NCBI RefSeq assembly: GCF_018977255.1
Contig: NW_024704743.1
Span: 17,300,001-17,364,000 of the forward strand
Direction: 5' to 3'
Origin: Callorhinchus milii
Lineage: Eukaryota
Length of the DNA: 64,000 bases
Shown here: in pieces, positions 35,201 to 47,200 of the stretch
Layout of the letters: each line of letters starts with the position of its first letter
How positions within the stretch are numbered: the first letter of the stretch is position 1
Translations under genes and position numbers: made by a program
The notes under the pieces: model-generated
The model's input: the letters and a program-made list of their open reading frames with translations, nothing else
What the model was told of the DNA's origin: nothing
Database searches by the model: none

Positions 35201-38200
35201 GAGGATAATGTTTCCGAATGGCTTTATTTTCATATAATTTTACTTTGTTTCTCCTGCAGGCACGGGAGTATTTGATCAGCTTGGACCCCACAAATGTGAC
35301 TGTCCTGGAGCTAATTCAGAACTCCTTGTTTGTGTTGTCATTGGATGATACGAGTCCCAATGTATCACCTGAAGATTATTCTGAGGTGAATAATTGAAGG
35401 TGTGCATGTGCATCTATGTGTGTGTCTGTGGGTGTGTATGTATGCATGTGAATTTAGTTTACATTGTATAGGAACTTAATATTCACACTTTCAGATGTGT
35501 ATTGAAAATTGCAAGTCTTTAGTTGTAGTTTGGTTTTGTATTTGCTTTAAGTTTCAGACATAAAATCATAGAATCTTATAGCACAGAAGGAGGCCATTCA
35601 GCCCATCATGCCTGTATGGGCTCTTTGAAAGAGCTACCAACTAGTCTCACTCCCCGTTCTTCCCTCATAACCCTGCAAATTTTTCCTTTTATGTACCTAT
35701 CCAACACAGCTGCTAATTGCGCACAGAGGTGTGTGGAGTAAGGAAACTTGTCCAACGTTTCTCACTGCCCAGAAATCAAATCCAGGTTCTTTTGCTTGTG
35801 AGGCAAGCGCTCTAACCAATCTGTTACGGGACTCCATGTTAAATGTGTATACTCTGTTTTAACTGTTTGTCAACTGCTTCGAACTCAGGTTCGACCCCCA
35901 ATTATTCTTCCTCCCCCATATCCGGTCCCTCACCAGCACCGCCTTATTCCACCTCCGTCGCATCGCCTGTCTCCGCCAATACCTCTCTCCCAAAGGCGCT
36001 GAAACCCTAGTCGATGCCTTTCTCACCTCTTGGCTGGACTATTCTAACGCTCTTCTTGCCGGTCTCCCATCCACTACCATCCATAAAATCCAAATCATTC
36101 AAAACTCTGTTGCCCGCATTCTCACCCGCACCAAACTCCGCTCCCCGATCACCCCAGTCCTTGCCAGACTGCACTGGCTGCCTAATCCCCGAGAGGATCG
36201 ACTTCAAGATCCTCACCCTTGTCTTCAAATCCCTCCACTCCTCTGCACCCCCCTACCTCTCTCCTCAAAACAGTACCTGTTGCCTTTGTTCCTCCAGGTC
36301 TGGCCTCCTCCCTTTCCCGCCCCCGAGTCCTCCTCTCCACCCTCGGCGGTCGTGCCTTCAGCCACTATGCCCCGAGGCTCTGCAATTCCCTTCCTCACTC
36401 CCTTCGCCTCGCTCCCCCTCTTCCTATTTTCAGGTCTCTGCTGAAGACCTTTCTCTTCGACCCTGCCTTTGGTCACCTTCCTCCCCCTCCCCCTGGCTCG
36501 GCGCCAGGATCCATTACTGTGAAGCGCTCTGAGACACCGTCCGGCGTGGAGGGCGCTATATAAATCCAAGTTGTTGTTGTTCTTTCAGATCTGTGCTGCT
36601 TCCCTGACTGGAAACCCAACCGTACGCTGGGGTGACAAATCCTATAATTGTCTCAGTTTCGCCAATGGGACTTTTGGTTCAAACTGTGATGTAAGTCAGT
36701 TAATCTGTTATTTCAATGCTTACAATTTTAAAATAAAATGCTCTCTCTCTCTCGCTGTATAATCAATTATTTATGATAAATTATGCCATAAGCAATGACA
36801 CTTCAATGTTCAATTGGATTCATTACATGCGATCGGGTCCGAATTATATATTTCATTTCAAGGAGCTATTGCTGTGTAAATGCAAATTGACAAATGGCAT
36901 CCTTCTCAGATTGTAAGATTTGCAAATGTCTAAAGTTGTTTTTGAAAGCTTGCTTGAGTGCTTGTGCTGTTTCCCCGGTTCAGTGTAGGCTCCGCCACTG
37001 TTAAGCACTCTGAGATGCTGCCCTGCATGAAGGGCACTATATAAATGCAAGTTATTGTTATTTCCCAAGTCAGATTGAATGTCAAGCAGGCAAAGTCTGA
37101 CAACAGATTTCCTCGCTGGACTGGTTTTTTTTCAGTAGCTATTTTGAGATGTTAACGAATCCTGTGGAAATCTGGATTCAGGGGAAGTGGCAGTTTGTAG
37201 TGCCGTGAAATGGTCTGTGGTAGAGCAAGGACGTGAGCTCAATGCTCTTCAGTGCCTAAATTACTATCAATGGGTTTTTCCTCATTCTACCCTTTCTGAT
37301 ATGCATAAATTGGTCACTTCAGTTAAATAGTTACAAGCTCACAAGAGATGTTGGATGAAGAAGGCCATTCGATCAATTTGATCTCATCCTTCCAGAGCAC
37401 CCACTCTTTTCTCCCATCACAGCAGGCGTTTTTTTTTAATGGGCTCAGCGACTTGGCCACAACCACCCATTCTGGTAACCTATTCCAGTTTCACTTTCTT
37501 TAGGTAAAGAAAAACTTCCTGGTGTCTGTCCTGAATTGTCCTTTGCACCTGGTGTCGTCTTGCTCTCAGTTTCATCCACAAAACACAGAGTCACTACACT
37601 TGACAGTATATTCTGTGAAGCACTTTGAAATGTCTCAACAACGTAATAAGTCCTAAATCAAATGCAAGAGTTATTATTATTATTTATTCCCTCAACTCAT
37701 CTAAAATCTTACATACACTAATAAGGTTCTTCTGAGACATCGCCTTAGCTTGCTAAGAGCCCCTAATTATCTAAAGTCTGAAATTCTTACGCTGTCTGCT
37801 TCAATAAGCCGTCTGTCTTGCACTTTGTAATGTCATGTTTGAACTACGAATAATTTCCTTGCTTGTTTCAGCATTCCCCGTATGATGCCATGGTCATGGT
37901 TTCTTTGTGCTATTATATTGACCTACAAGTCAAAAGCATTGAAGGCAAGTGGCAGGTAAGTGTGGTAAAGGAAATTAATGTCTAGCGTCAGTAGTACCCT
38001 CACATGATATTGTATTAAATTCACCATTGGTTTGCTCGTAATCCTGAAATGCACTGCTAGCATTTTCAAAATGTCTTGCATGTCTTGTTTAGACAAGGAG
38101 CTCCGCAAGAAGTAAAAGGGTGTATCCAAAGCTTGGATGAGAGAAATTAACAGGCATTTGATGAATCAAAGGACAAATATACAATTAAAAAATCTAGTGC

Positions 38201-41200
38201 AGTTTCAAATATATAGTTGAACGCTGTGAATATTGCTCTGTGCCACATTCACCTACAAAACATACAGATACACTTTACAGTATATCCTGTGAAGTGCTTT
38301 GAGATATCCACCTGACATGTATAAGGATTATTACATTCGAGAGAACCCAGGTTTGATTCTTGGGTAGGGCAAAGGTTTGGTAAGTTTCCCTACTCCACAG
38401 GCCTCTGTTTACCTAGCAGTAAGTAGGAACTTGGTTATTAGTCGATTGGCGGTTCACTTTCCAGGGGTAATAATCCGTTCAAAAAAATAATAAAAATAAT
38501 TTGGTCACTCAATCCATGACTGTTTGTGGGACATTGCTGTGTGCAATTGGTTGCCACGTTTTGCCCACAAAATACAGTCAATTCACATTACAGTATATTC
38601 TGTAAAGCGCTTTGAGACCTCTCAACGACGTGATAAGGCACTGCAAAGATTTTAAAAAATGCAGGGATTATTCTTGTGTAGAGGGGAAGACAAAAAGGGA
38701 AATTAGAAACACCAAAAGGGGTAGGAAAAATAACTGGCAAAGGAAATAGTAAAGCAAAAGGATAGTTACGGAAAGAATAGGCCAAATAGAGATGAAAAGG
38801 GAAATCTTGTCATGCAGAATGGGGAAGGACAGATATTAAATGAATATTTTACCTTCATTTTTAACACAAGTACTATAGTGAAAAGTATCTAAGAGCCGGA
38901 GATGGAGTAATTTGAACAGGTGGCTATAAGAATGAACTACCAAAAAAGCTGTCAGAATTCAAAGTGGAAAAGTCACTAAGGCCTAATGGCATTCATCCTA
39001 CAACCCTCTTTCAAATGAGTCTTTCAAATGAGACCCGTCAAATTCAGGTGGATGTCAAAGATCCCATGGTACAATTGGAAAAGAGAAGCGAGTTGTCCGG
39101 GTCAATAATTTTCCAGATAGGTTTGGTATTTTACTTAATGGCTGTTAGTGGGACATTGCTTCGAGGAATTGCTGCTGAATTTGCCTACAAGTACTCAGTC
39201 ACTCCACAGTAATAATCTTGTGAAGCAGTTTGAGTCATTTGGATGATGTGATCAGTCTCTGTATGATCAGTTAATTTTATTCTATAAGTATTGTTTATAG
39301 AAATTTAATGGGATTGTTTCTTCAGACTTGCTGTAATAATGACAAATATTATAAAATACAATTTCTCACAGGGCTCAAAAGCAATCCGTGACATTCCTTT
39401 GCCCGAGGAGCTGATTTTTGTAGTGGATGAAAAGATTCTCGAGGATATAGAACAAGCTAAACAACAGTACCAGAAACAGGTATGTCGACGGTTAGTTCTA
39501 CTTTCATCCACAAGACATGCAGCTATTCCACAGCACAATTTACCCAATAAACCCCATGTTTTCATCACCTCAAGGCTCGACTACGGAAATTTCCTCCTTG
39601 TCAGCCTCCCCAACTCTTTGCTCCGCAAGCTGCAGATCATCCAGAACTCTGCAGCTTGTGTCCTCTCCTGTACCAGGCTCCGTGGCCCCATCACCCCCAC
39701 CCTCGCCCGGCTCCACTGGCTCCCCATCCATCAGAGGATAGAATTCAAAATCTTCGTCCTCACTTTCAAGGCCCTCCATGGCCTTGCCCCCTCCTACATC
39801 TGTGACGTGCTGACACCCTATTAACCTCTCCGCTTCCTCCGCTCAGCGGGCTCCGGCCTGCTCCAGGTCTCCGGCCCGACCTGCCCTAGGATCGGCAACC
39901 GGGCTTTCAACCTTTCTGCCCCCCTCTTTGGAACTCCATCCCACAATCCCTTCGCCTCGCTTCCTCTCTTGCCTCCTTCAAGGCATGACTCAAGACCCTC
40001 CTTTTTGATCGTGCCTTCAGCCGTCCTCCTACCCCCTCTGCCCTTCCTCACCCCAACCCTGGAAGCCTCTCTGCTGCATCCGCAGGAGCTTGGATCCATA
40101 AAGGAGGATGATTTGCACACAGATAGTGTTGCTGCAAGCTTGACCTGCATTGGGACCTTGCTGTTCTTGAAGAGGGTTCAGCATGACCAGAGTGCCCTTC
40201 ACCGCTTCTCAGGAAGACCTTGGAGCAGTCTGACTGAACATTGAATTCTGTCCTATTTTGTGGTAGTTATTGTCAAATCTGAGAGAATATTTAGGTATTA
40301 TAAAGTTCGGGAAACTTGCCAGACAGCACTTTCAATGGTAGATCTGCAGTTTTAGTAGATTAGACTCCAGCACTACCCCTGTGCACTGGGATCCCCAAGC
40401 CTTGGCCAGCCTGCGCCTAGTATCTCTGGAATTAGACAAGCAGGTGTATTCCTCCATGGAAAGAGTGTGCATTCCAATATACGGGAATTTCCATGTGTAG
40501 GTGGGATCCATGGAACTCTCAGCTTGGATTGATATTCTTAAGCATAGTGATGTGTTTCTGCATGTGTCAGACACCGGGTTGGCCACAAACAAAATCCATT
40601 GGTTGAACATTGGCTGACAAGAGTTTAGTCCTTATAAATGCAAGTTGTTGTTTGTTTTTGCATGCGAATGCTCAGTGCTCTACCACCTGGTATTTGAGAC
40701 CAGTTAAGCTTCATGTTGTCAGAAAAACAGCTCTTTAATAACATTAACAAGCTTTATGGGAAATGTCTCTCAAACGTACTGACTGCTGTTTGTTTCACAG
40801 GTATCTGATATCCAGATTATTAGTTATGCCTTCACTGCCTTTGGAAAATCTCTTATCAAAAAAAGGCTCCATCCAGATATCTTCGTACAGCTTGGGCTTC
40901 AGCTAGCTTACTATAGACTTCATGGACGGTAAGTGGGAGAGCCTGCTGCAGAAGCCGTTTGTATCATTTATTCCAATATCAACACAATACCCACACGGCT
41001 CTGTTTATCTAGTAAGTAGGAACCTGGTTGTTAGACAATTGGCGGGTTAGGGTTAGGGTAATAAGGTAATAAGATAACAAGGTAATAATCCCTTGAAATA
41101 AATAAAATAATTTGGTCACTCAATCCACAACTGTTTGTGGAACACTCCTTTGCACAATTGGCTGCCGCGTTTCGCCCACAAAATATAAAGTCAATTCACT

Positions 41201-44200
41201 TTACAGTATATTCTGTGAAGTGCTTTGAGACATCTTGAAGATGACATTCTATCAAATGCAAGGAGTATTATTATTAACACTTATTTTTATTGCACAGCAT
41301 AAGTTTTTTTTAAAAAGTAGTGAAAATAAAATAATATTAGACTCCATTATTAACTAATTATTTTAAGATAGGAGCGACATTTTGATGCCAATTTAATAAA
41401 AAAGACAGCAATGAGCCTTACTTAATCTGAGTAAGTCTCTAGAGCATTGAGAGTTAATGAATCTGCATTTAATCACTTAAAAGACGGGAGTCGCCTTGTT
41501 CAGCTCCTGCAACACCCATGAGCCGTCGGCAGCATTTCGATTAACCTCCCCAGTTGAAATCGTGAGTTAAAGCCTTCCTTGCCAAAGTCTGGGAATGCAT
41601 TGTTGCAGGTCAACTTCGGTCACACCTCTCCCTCCACTCCCTCCTTGAACCCCTGCAGCCTGGTTCTCGCCCTGCCCACAGCACAGAGACAGCGCTTGTC
41701 AAAGTCGCAAACGACGTCCTCTCTATCTTACCAGGGTTCCCTCTGCCTCCTTGTCCTCCTGGATCTCCCTGCCGCATTCGACACAGTCGACCATGCCATC
41801 TTCCTCCACTGCCTCTCCTCCCTCATTCACCTTAGTGGGACTGCACTCGCATGGTTCGAGCGTATTTAACCAACTGCCTCCACTTCATCTCGGCAAATTT
41901 CATCGTCGAAATTATGAGGGGATTCGATGGGGGATCAAGGGAAAACTATTTCCACTGGTGGGTAGGTTGGTAACCCGAGGACATCGATTAAAATCGTTAA
42001 AAGAAATAGAAGGGAGGTGAGGAGAAATTTTTTCGTGCAGCGAATTGTTCGAATCTGGAATGGATTGCCTGAAAGTGTGGTGGAGTCGATTCGATAACAA
42101 CTTTTAAGAGAGAAGTAGATAATTATTTGGGGAGGACAAGTTTGCAGGGCTATGGGGAGAGAGCGGGTGAGTGCGATTGATTTGGATAGCTCTTTTCAAA
42201 GAGCCGGCATAGACACGATGGGCTGAATGGTCTCCTTTGCTGTATAATTCTACGATTCTATGAATTTTTTCTCCTCCCTCCCCTGCCCAGTCACCTGTGG
42301 GGTACTCCAGGGCTCCATCCTTGGCCCTCTTCTTTTCCTTATCTAAATGCTTGCTCTGGGTAATGTCATCTGCAGACACGGGTTAAACTTCCACATGTAT
42401 GCGGATGACACACAAATCTACTTTGCCTCCTCCAGTACTAACTCCAGGTCTGCCGATATTCTATCAGCTTGTCTGGGTGAGTGTAAACTTCCTGGAGCTG
42501 GATGAGGACAAGACAGAAGCCATACTCCTTGACTCCCATCAACATCTTCACTTCTGCGGATCTAAACTTCTCAAACTCCCTGGGCTCTCCCTCAGACGCA
42601 CCGAACCAGTGCGCAAACTAAGCGTCCGGTTCGACCCCATTGTCCTTCCTTCCCCCATATCTGGTTCCTGACCAGAACCGCCTTCTTCCATTTCCGCCAC
42701 AATGCCCGCGTCCGACCGTACCTTACCCCAAATGCAGCTGTAACCCTTGTGCATGCGTTTGTCACCTCCCGCCTGGATTACTCCCAACGCACTCCCTGCC
42801 GGTCTCCCCAGCTCCACTATTCAAAAGATCCAGCTCATTCAGAATTCTGCCGCCTGCATACTGACATCTCACCGGTTCTGGCCCAGGCTCCACTGGCTCC
42901 CCATCACCGAATGGACCGACTTCACGATCCTCACACTCGTGTTCAAATCCCTTCACTCCCTGGCACCTCCCTACCTCTCCGACCTCCTCACTCCCCAATC
43001 CACCACCCGGCGCCTCCGCTCAACTGGCACCGGCCTCCTGCTCATCCCTCGCATGCTCCGCCCCAACATCGAAGGCCACTCCTTCAGCCCCTATGCTCCA
43101 AAACCATGAAACACTCTCCCTCAATCCCTCCGCCTTGCCCCCTCCCCATTTTCATGTCCCACCTGAAAACCTTCCTCTTCAACCATGCTTACGGCCGCCT
43201 TCCCCACCCACTCCCCACCCGGCTCGGAGTCAGGCTCTGCCACTGTTAAGCGCTCTGAGACACTACCCTGCTTGGAGGGCGCTATAGAAGTGTGAGTTGT
43301 CGTGGTGCTGGTTGTTAAACCCAGTGGTTTATAAACTCGGCATTCTCTCTGACCCCAAGCTGAATTTCAAACCCCAGATCTGATCAATCGCCAGGACCAC
43401 TTTCTTCCATTCCAGAACATTGCTTGCTTACTTCCCTACCTCACTACCACTGCTACTAAAGCCCTACTTCTGTAGTTTATGTTTCCTCCTTACTCACCTT
43501 CCTTGCAGTCTTGAACTCGTTCAATACTGCCCAGGCCGGATCCTGTGCCCCACAAGATGTCACACCTGCACTCAGCTCCAGTGGAAATTGATCAGCACAG
43601 AAATGATTTCAAGATCATCATTTGTCATCCTTTTGTCACTTTCTGCCTCGATTTTTCAAACCCACTCTTGGCTGGTCTCCCCAGACCCACCATCCAACCA
43701 AGATCCAGCTAACACAAAACTCTCCCCCTGTTTTACCACCCCCATCAAACTCCACTTGCCCATCACCCCGATCCTCTTCAGCCTCCACTGCCTGCTAATG
43801 GATCAACTTCAAGATCCTTGCCCCACATACAAATCCTTTTTTACCTGAGCACTCACTAACTCTCTGACCTGCTGATTTCCCACTCCACTACCCACCTCAT
43901 ACACTAAGATAGCTCAGACCTGCTGCATGTCCCAGCCTCTCTGCGTCACAGTTGGTGGCCATTCCTTCAGCCACCATGATCCTAATTTTCGGAATTCCCT
44001 ACCTCACTCCCTCTGCCTTGCTTCCCTTTTATCTGTCTTCAAATCTCAGCTGAAGTTGTTGTTGTTCTCAAGCTTGTTTGCATTTTTGCTCCATTCCATC
44101 TGGCACTCTTTGCACTTTTGACTCTATTGCTTGCTTTTCCGGGGGTAATAATCCCTTCAAAAAAAAATGTGGTCACTCAATCCACGACTACTTGTGGGAC

Positions 44201-47200
44201 ACAAACGCTACCGCGTTTCACACACAAAATATACTGTTAATCCACTTTACAGTTTATTCTGGTAAGCGCTTTGAGATGTCTCAATGAGATGATAAGGAGT
44301 TTTATCAAAAGCTATTAATATTTTTATTATTATTATTCAGGAACCATGGCCCTGCTCTTTGGGACTCACCTTCCTGGTACTTCTCTCCACATTACTACCT
44401 TTCTCTGTGCTTTAAAACAATCTCCACAATAGGATCTTCAAATGATTCACCTACTTCAATTTAAAATAATAATTGATATTAAATATTAATTCCAAAAAGT
44501 CAGCATTCTTACGAACATTTGGGATCAAACTAACCTCAGTGGATGATATTGTCTGACAGTTGACACATTTAACCCATCAAATAAACACTGCGGCAATGGG
44601 AGGAGAATAGGGTTGGTATTAGGGATGAATGAGATCAAATAAAGCTTCTTTATCTGGACCTCTAGATTTCTCTTATTAGACTATTAGGCTGTCTGGGAAT
44701 TATCCATAGTGGCTCAGGTAAGCAAGTCATCCACACCCAGCAACCTTCATTTTGGAGTGTCTCTGGTATAAATGGGACATCCTCCTGACGTGAGAAACAC
44801 TATACAAATGTAATTTTGTTGTTTTTTGTTACATTTCTCAATGTTGGTCAGTCGAAAATCCCTTGTAACCAGGATTTGGAATTCGACATATTTCTGATCC
44901 TCCACTAAAATCCTTTTTGCTTTGTTTTTTTGGAAAGAGCATCAATTGCCAGCAACTGACACATTTATAAAATTCTAAAACTGAAGGATGTACCTTGATT
45001 TTTCAAATGGTTTTTGCCCACAGACCTGGAGTTTGTTATGAGACTGCAACAACCAGACGATTCTACCACGGCCGAACTGAGACAATGAGGCCCTGCACAA
45101 TGGAGGCAGTGGAATGGTGCAAAGGGATGCTGGATCCTGATGTTCCTGTAAGTATTCCTGTAAACTGAGTTCAATTTCATGTTGGTCTGTTCCACTCACA
45201 TACTCACATAAAGTAATATCACCTGCCCTGATTTCTCCTGTTTGCCTACTCTCTGATGATAATATTAATTGTTTGAATTATAACAACAACAACTTGGATT
45301 TAAATAGCGCCCTCCACTCCGGATGGTGTCTCAGAGCGCTTTCAGGGGGAGGGGGAGGAAGGTGACCAAAGGTGCGGTTGAAAAGGTCTTCAGCAGAGAT
45401 CTGAAAATAGGAAGAGAGGGAGCGAGACGAAGGGAGTGAGGAAGGGAATTCCAGAGCCTCGGGGCATAGTGGCTGAAGGCACGGCCACCGAGGATGGAGC
45501 GGAGGACTCGGGGAACGAGGAGGCCAGACCCGGAGGAACGAAGGCAACGGGTACTGTTTTGAGGAGAGAGGTCAGAGAGGTAGGGGGTGCAGAGGAGTGG
45601 AGGGATTTGAAGACAAGGGTGAGGATCTAGAAGTTGATCCTCTCTGGGACAGGCAACCAGTGCAGTCTGGCAAGGACTGGGGTGATCGTTTGGTGCAGGT
45701 GAGAATGCGGGCGGCAGAGTTTTGAATGATTTGGATTTTATGGATGGTAGTGGATGGGAAACCCGCGAGGAGGGCATTAGAGTAGTCCAGTTGATGTGAC
45801 AAAGGCATGGACCACAGAGTTTCAGCGGCTTTAGGAGAGAGGTATTGGTGGAGGCGGGTGATGCATCGGAGGTGGAAGAAAGCGGTGCTGGTGAGGGATC
45901 GGATGTGGGGGAGGAAGGATAATTGGGGGTCGAACCTGACGCCAAGGTTGCGTATGGGTTCGGAGAGTTTTAGGGGGAGGTTGGTTAGGTGGAGGAGATG
46001 AGAACTGTGAGATTTTGGATGTTGACGAGAGCCAAAGAGTATGGCTTCTGTCTTGTCAACGTTCAGCTGAAGGAAGTTTGCGCACATCCAGCCCCTGAGA
46101 TCTGACAGGCAGGCTGACAGAACATCAGGGGTCTGGGGGTCGCAAAGAGAGGTGGAAAAATAGAGTTGGGTGTTGTCCGCGTACATGTGGAAATGTACCC
46201 CATGTCTGCGGATTACATCCCCAAGAGGGAGCATGTAGATCAGAAAGAGGAGGGGGCCAAGGGTGGATCCTTGGGGTACCCCACAGGTGACCGGGTGAGA
46301 GCGGGAGGAGAAGCTGTTTGTGCAGATGTACTGCTGGCAGTTGGTGAGGTAGGACTCGAACCAGGGGAGTGTGGCCCCACTGAGGTGGATGACGGAGGAA
46401 AAGCGGTGGAGGAGGATGGCGTGATCGACTGTGTCGAACGCGGTGGAGAGGTCCAGGAGGACAAGGAGGCAGAGGGAGCCCTGGTCACAGATAGAGAGGA
46501 TGTCGTTTGTGACTTTCACAAGTGCAGTCTCTGTACTGTGGGCGGAAACCGGACTGGAGGGGTTCGAAGAGGGAGTGGGAGGAAAGGTGTGCGCGGAGTT
46601 GATTGGCCACAACCCGTTCTAGAGCTTTTGAGAGGAAGGGCAGGTTAGAAATGGGGCAGTAATGGCTGGGGTTAGAGGGATCTGGGGAGGGTTTTTTCAG
46701 GAGGGGGGTGATGACAGCAGTTTTGAGGGAGGCAGGGACTGATCCGGAGGAGAGGGACTGGTTGATGATGTCAGCCAGTAGTGGGCAGAGGAGGGGGAAC
46801 TGTGTGACCAGTAAGTTGGTGGGGAGGGGATCGAGGCAGCAGGTGGTGGGTTTCATGGAGGTGATGGTGGGTGAGAGGGAGGAGGGAGAGATGGGGAGGA
46901 AGGAATGAAGAGTGGGAGTGGTGGTAAGAGCAGATGATGAGGAGGGTGAGCGGGGCAGAGAGGGCGTGGTGGTGGATGACAAGAGACAGGTGGATGAGGC
47001 TGCCTGGCGGATGTTATGTATTTTAGATGAAAAGAAGTCCATGACTTCCTTGCACTTGGCATTTGATGTGGATTGAGGAGGCCTGAGGGGCGTCACAGAC
47101 GAAGTAGTGGGTGGTGGGGAAAAAAGGATTTTAGGATTGTGTTTAGCCTCCAAGATGATGTTGGAGTAAAAGGCCGTCTTTGCGTGTGTCAAGGGGAGCG

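Noticed and set aside
39339..39824. 161-aa CROT-L2 fusion ORF
   Set aside because: Read-through past a good donor (CAG|GTATGT at 39479) into an intronic L2 that happens to be in frame.
41040..41062. Interstitial telomere (GGGTTAGGGTTAGGG)
   Set aside because: Only two to three units inside a decayed SINE; too short to mean anything.
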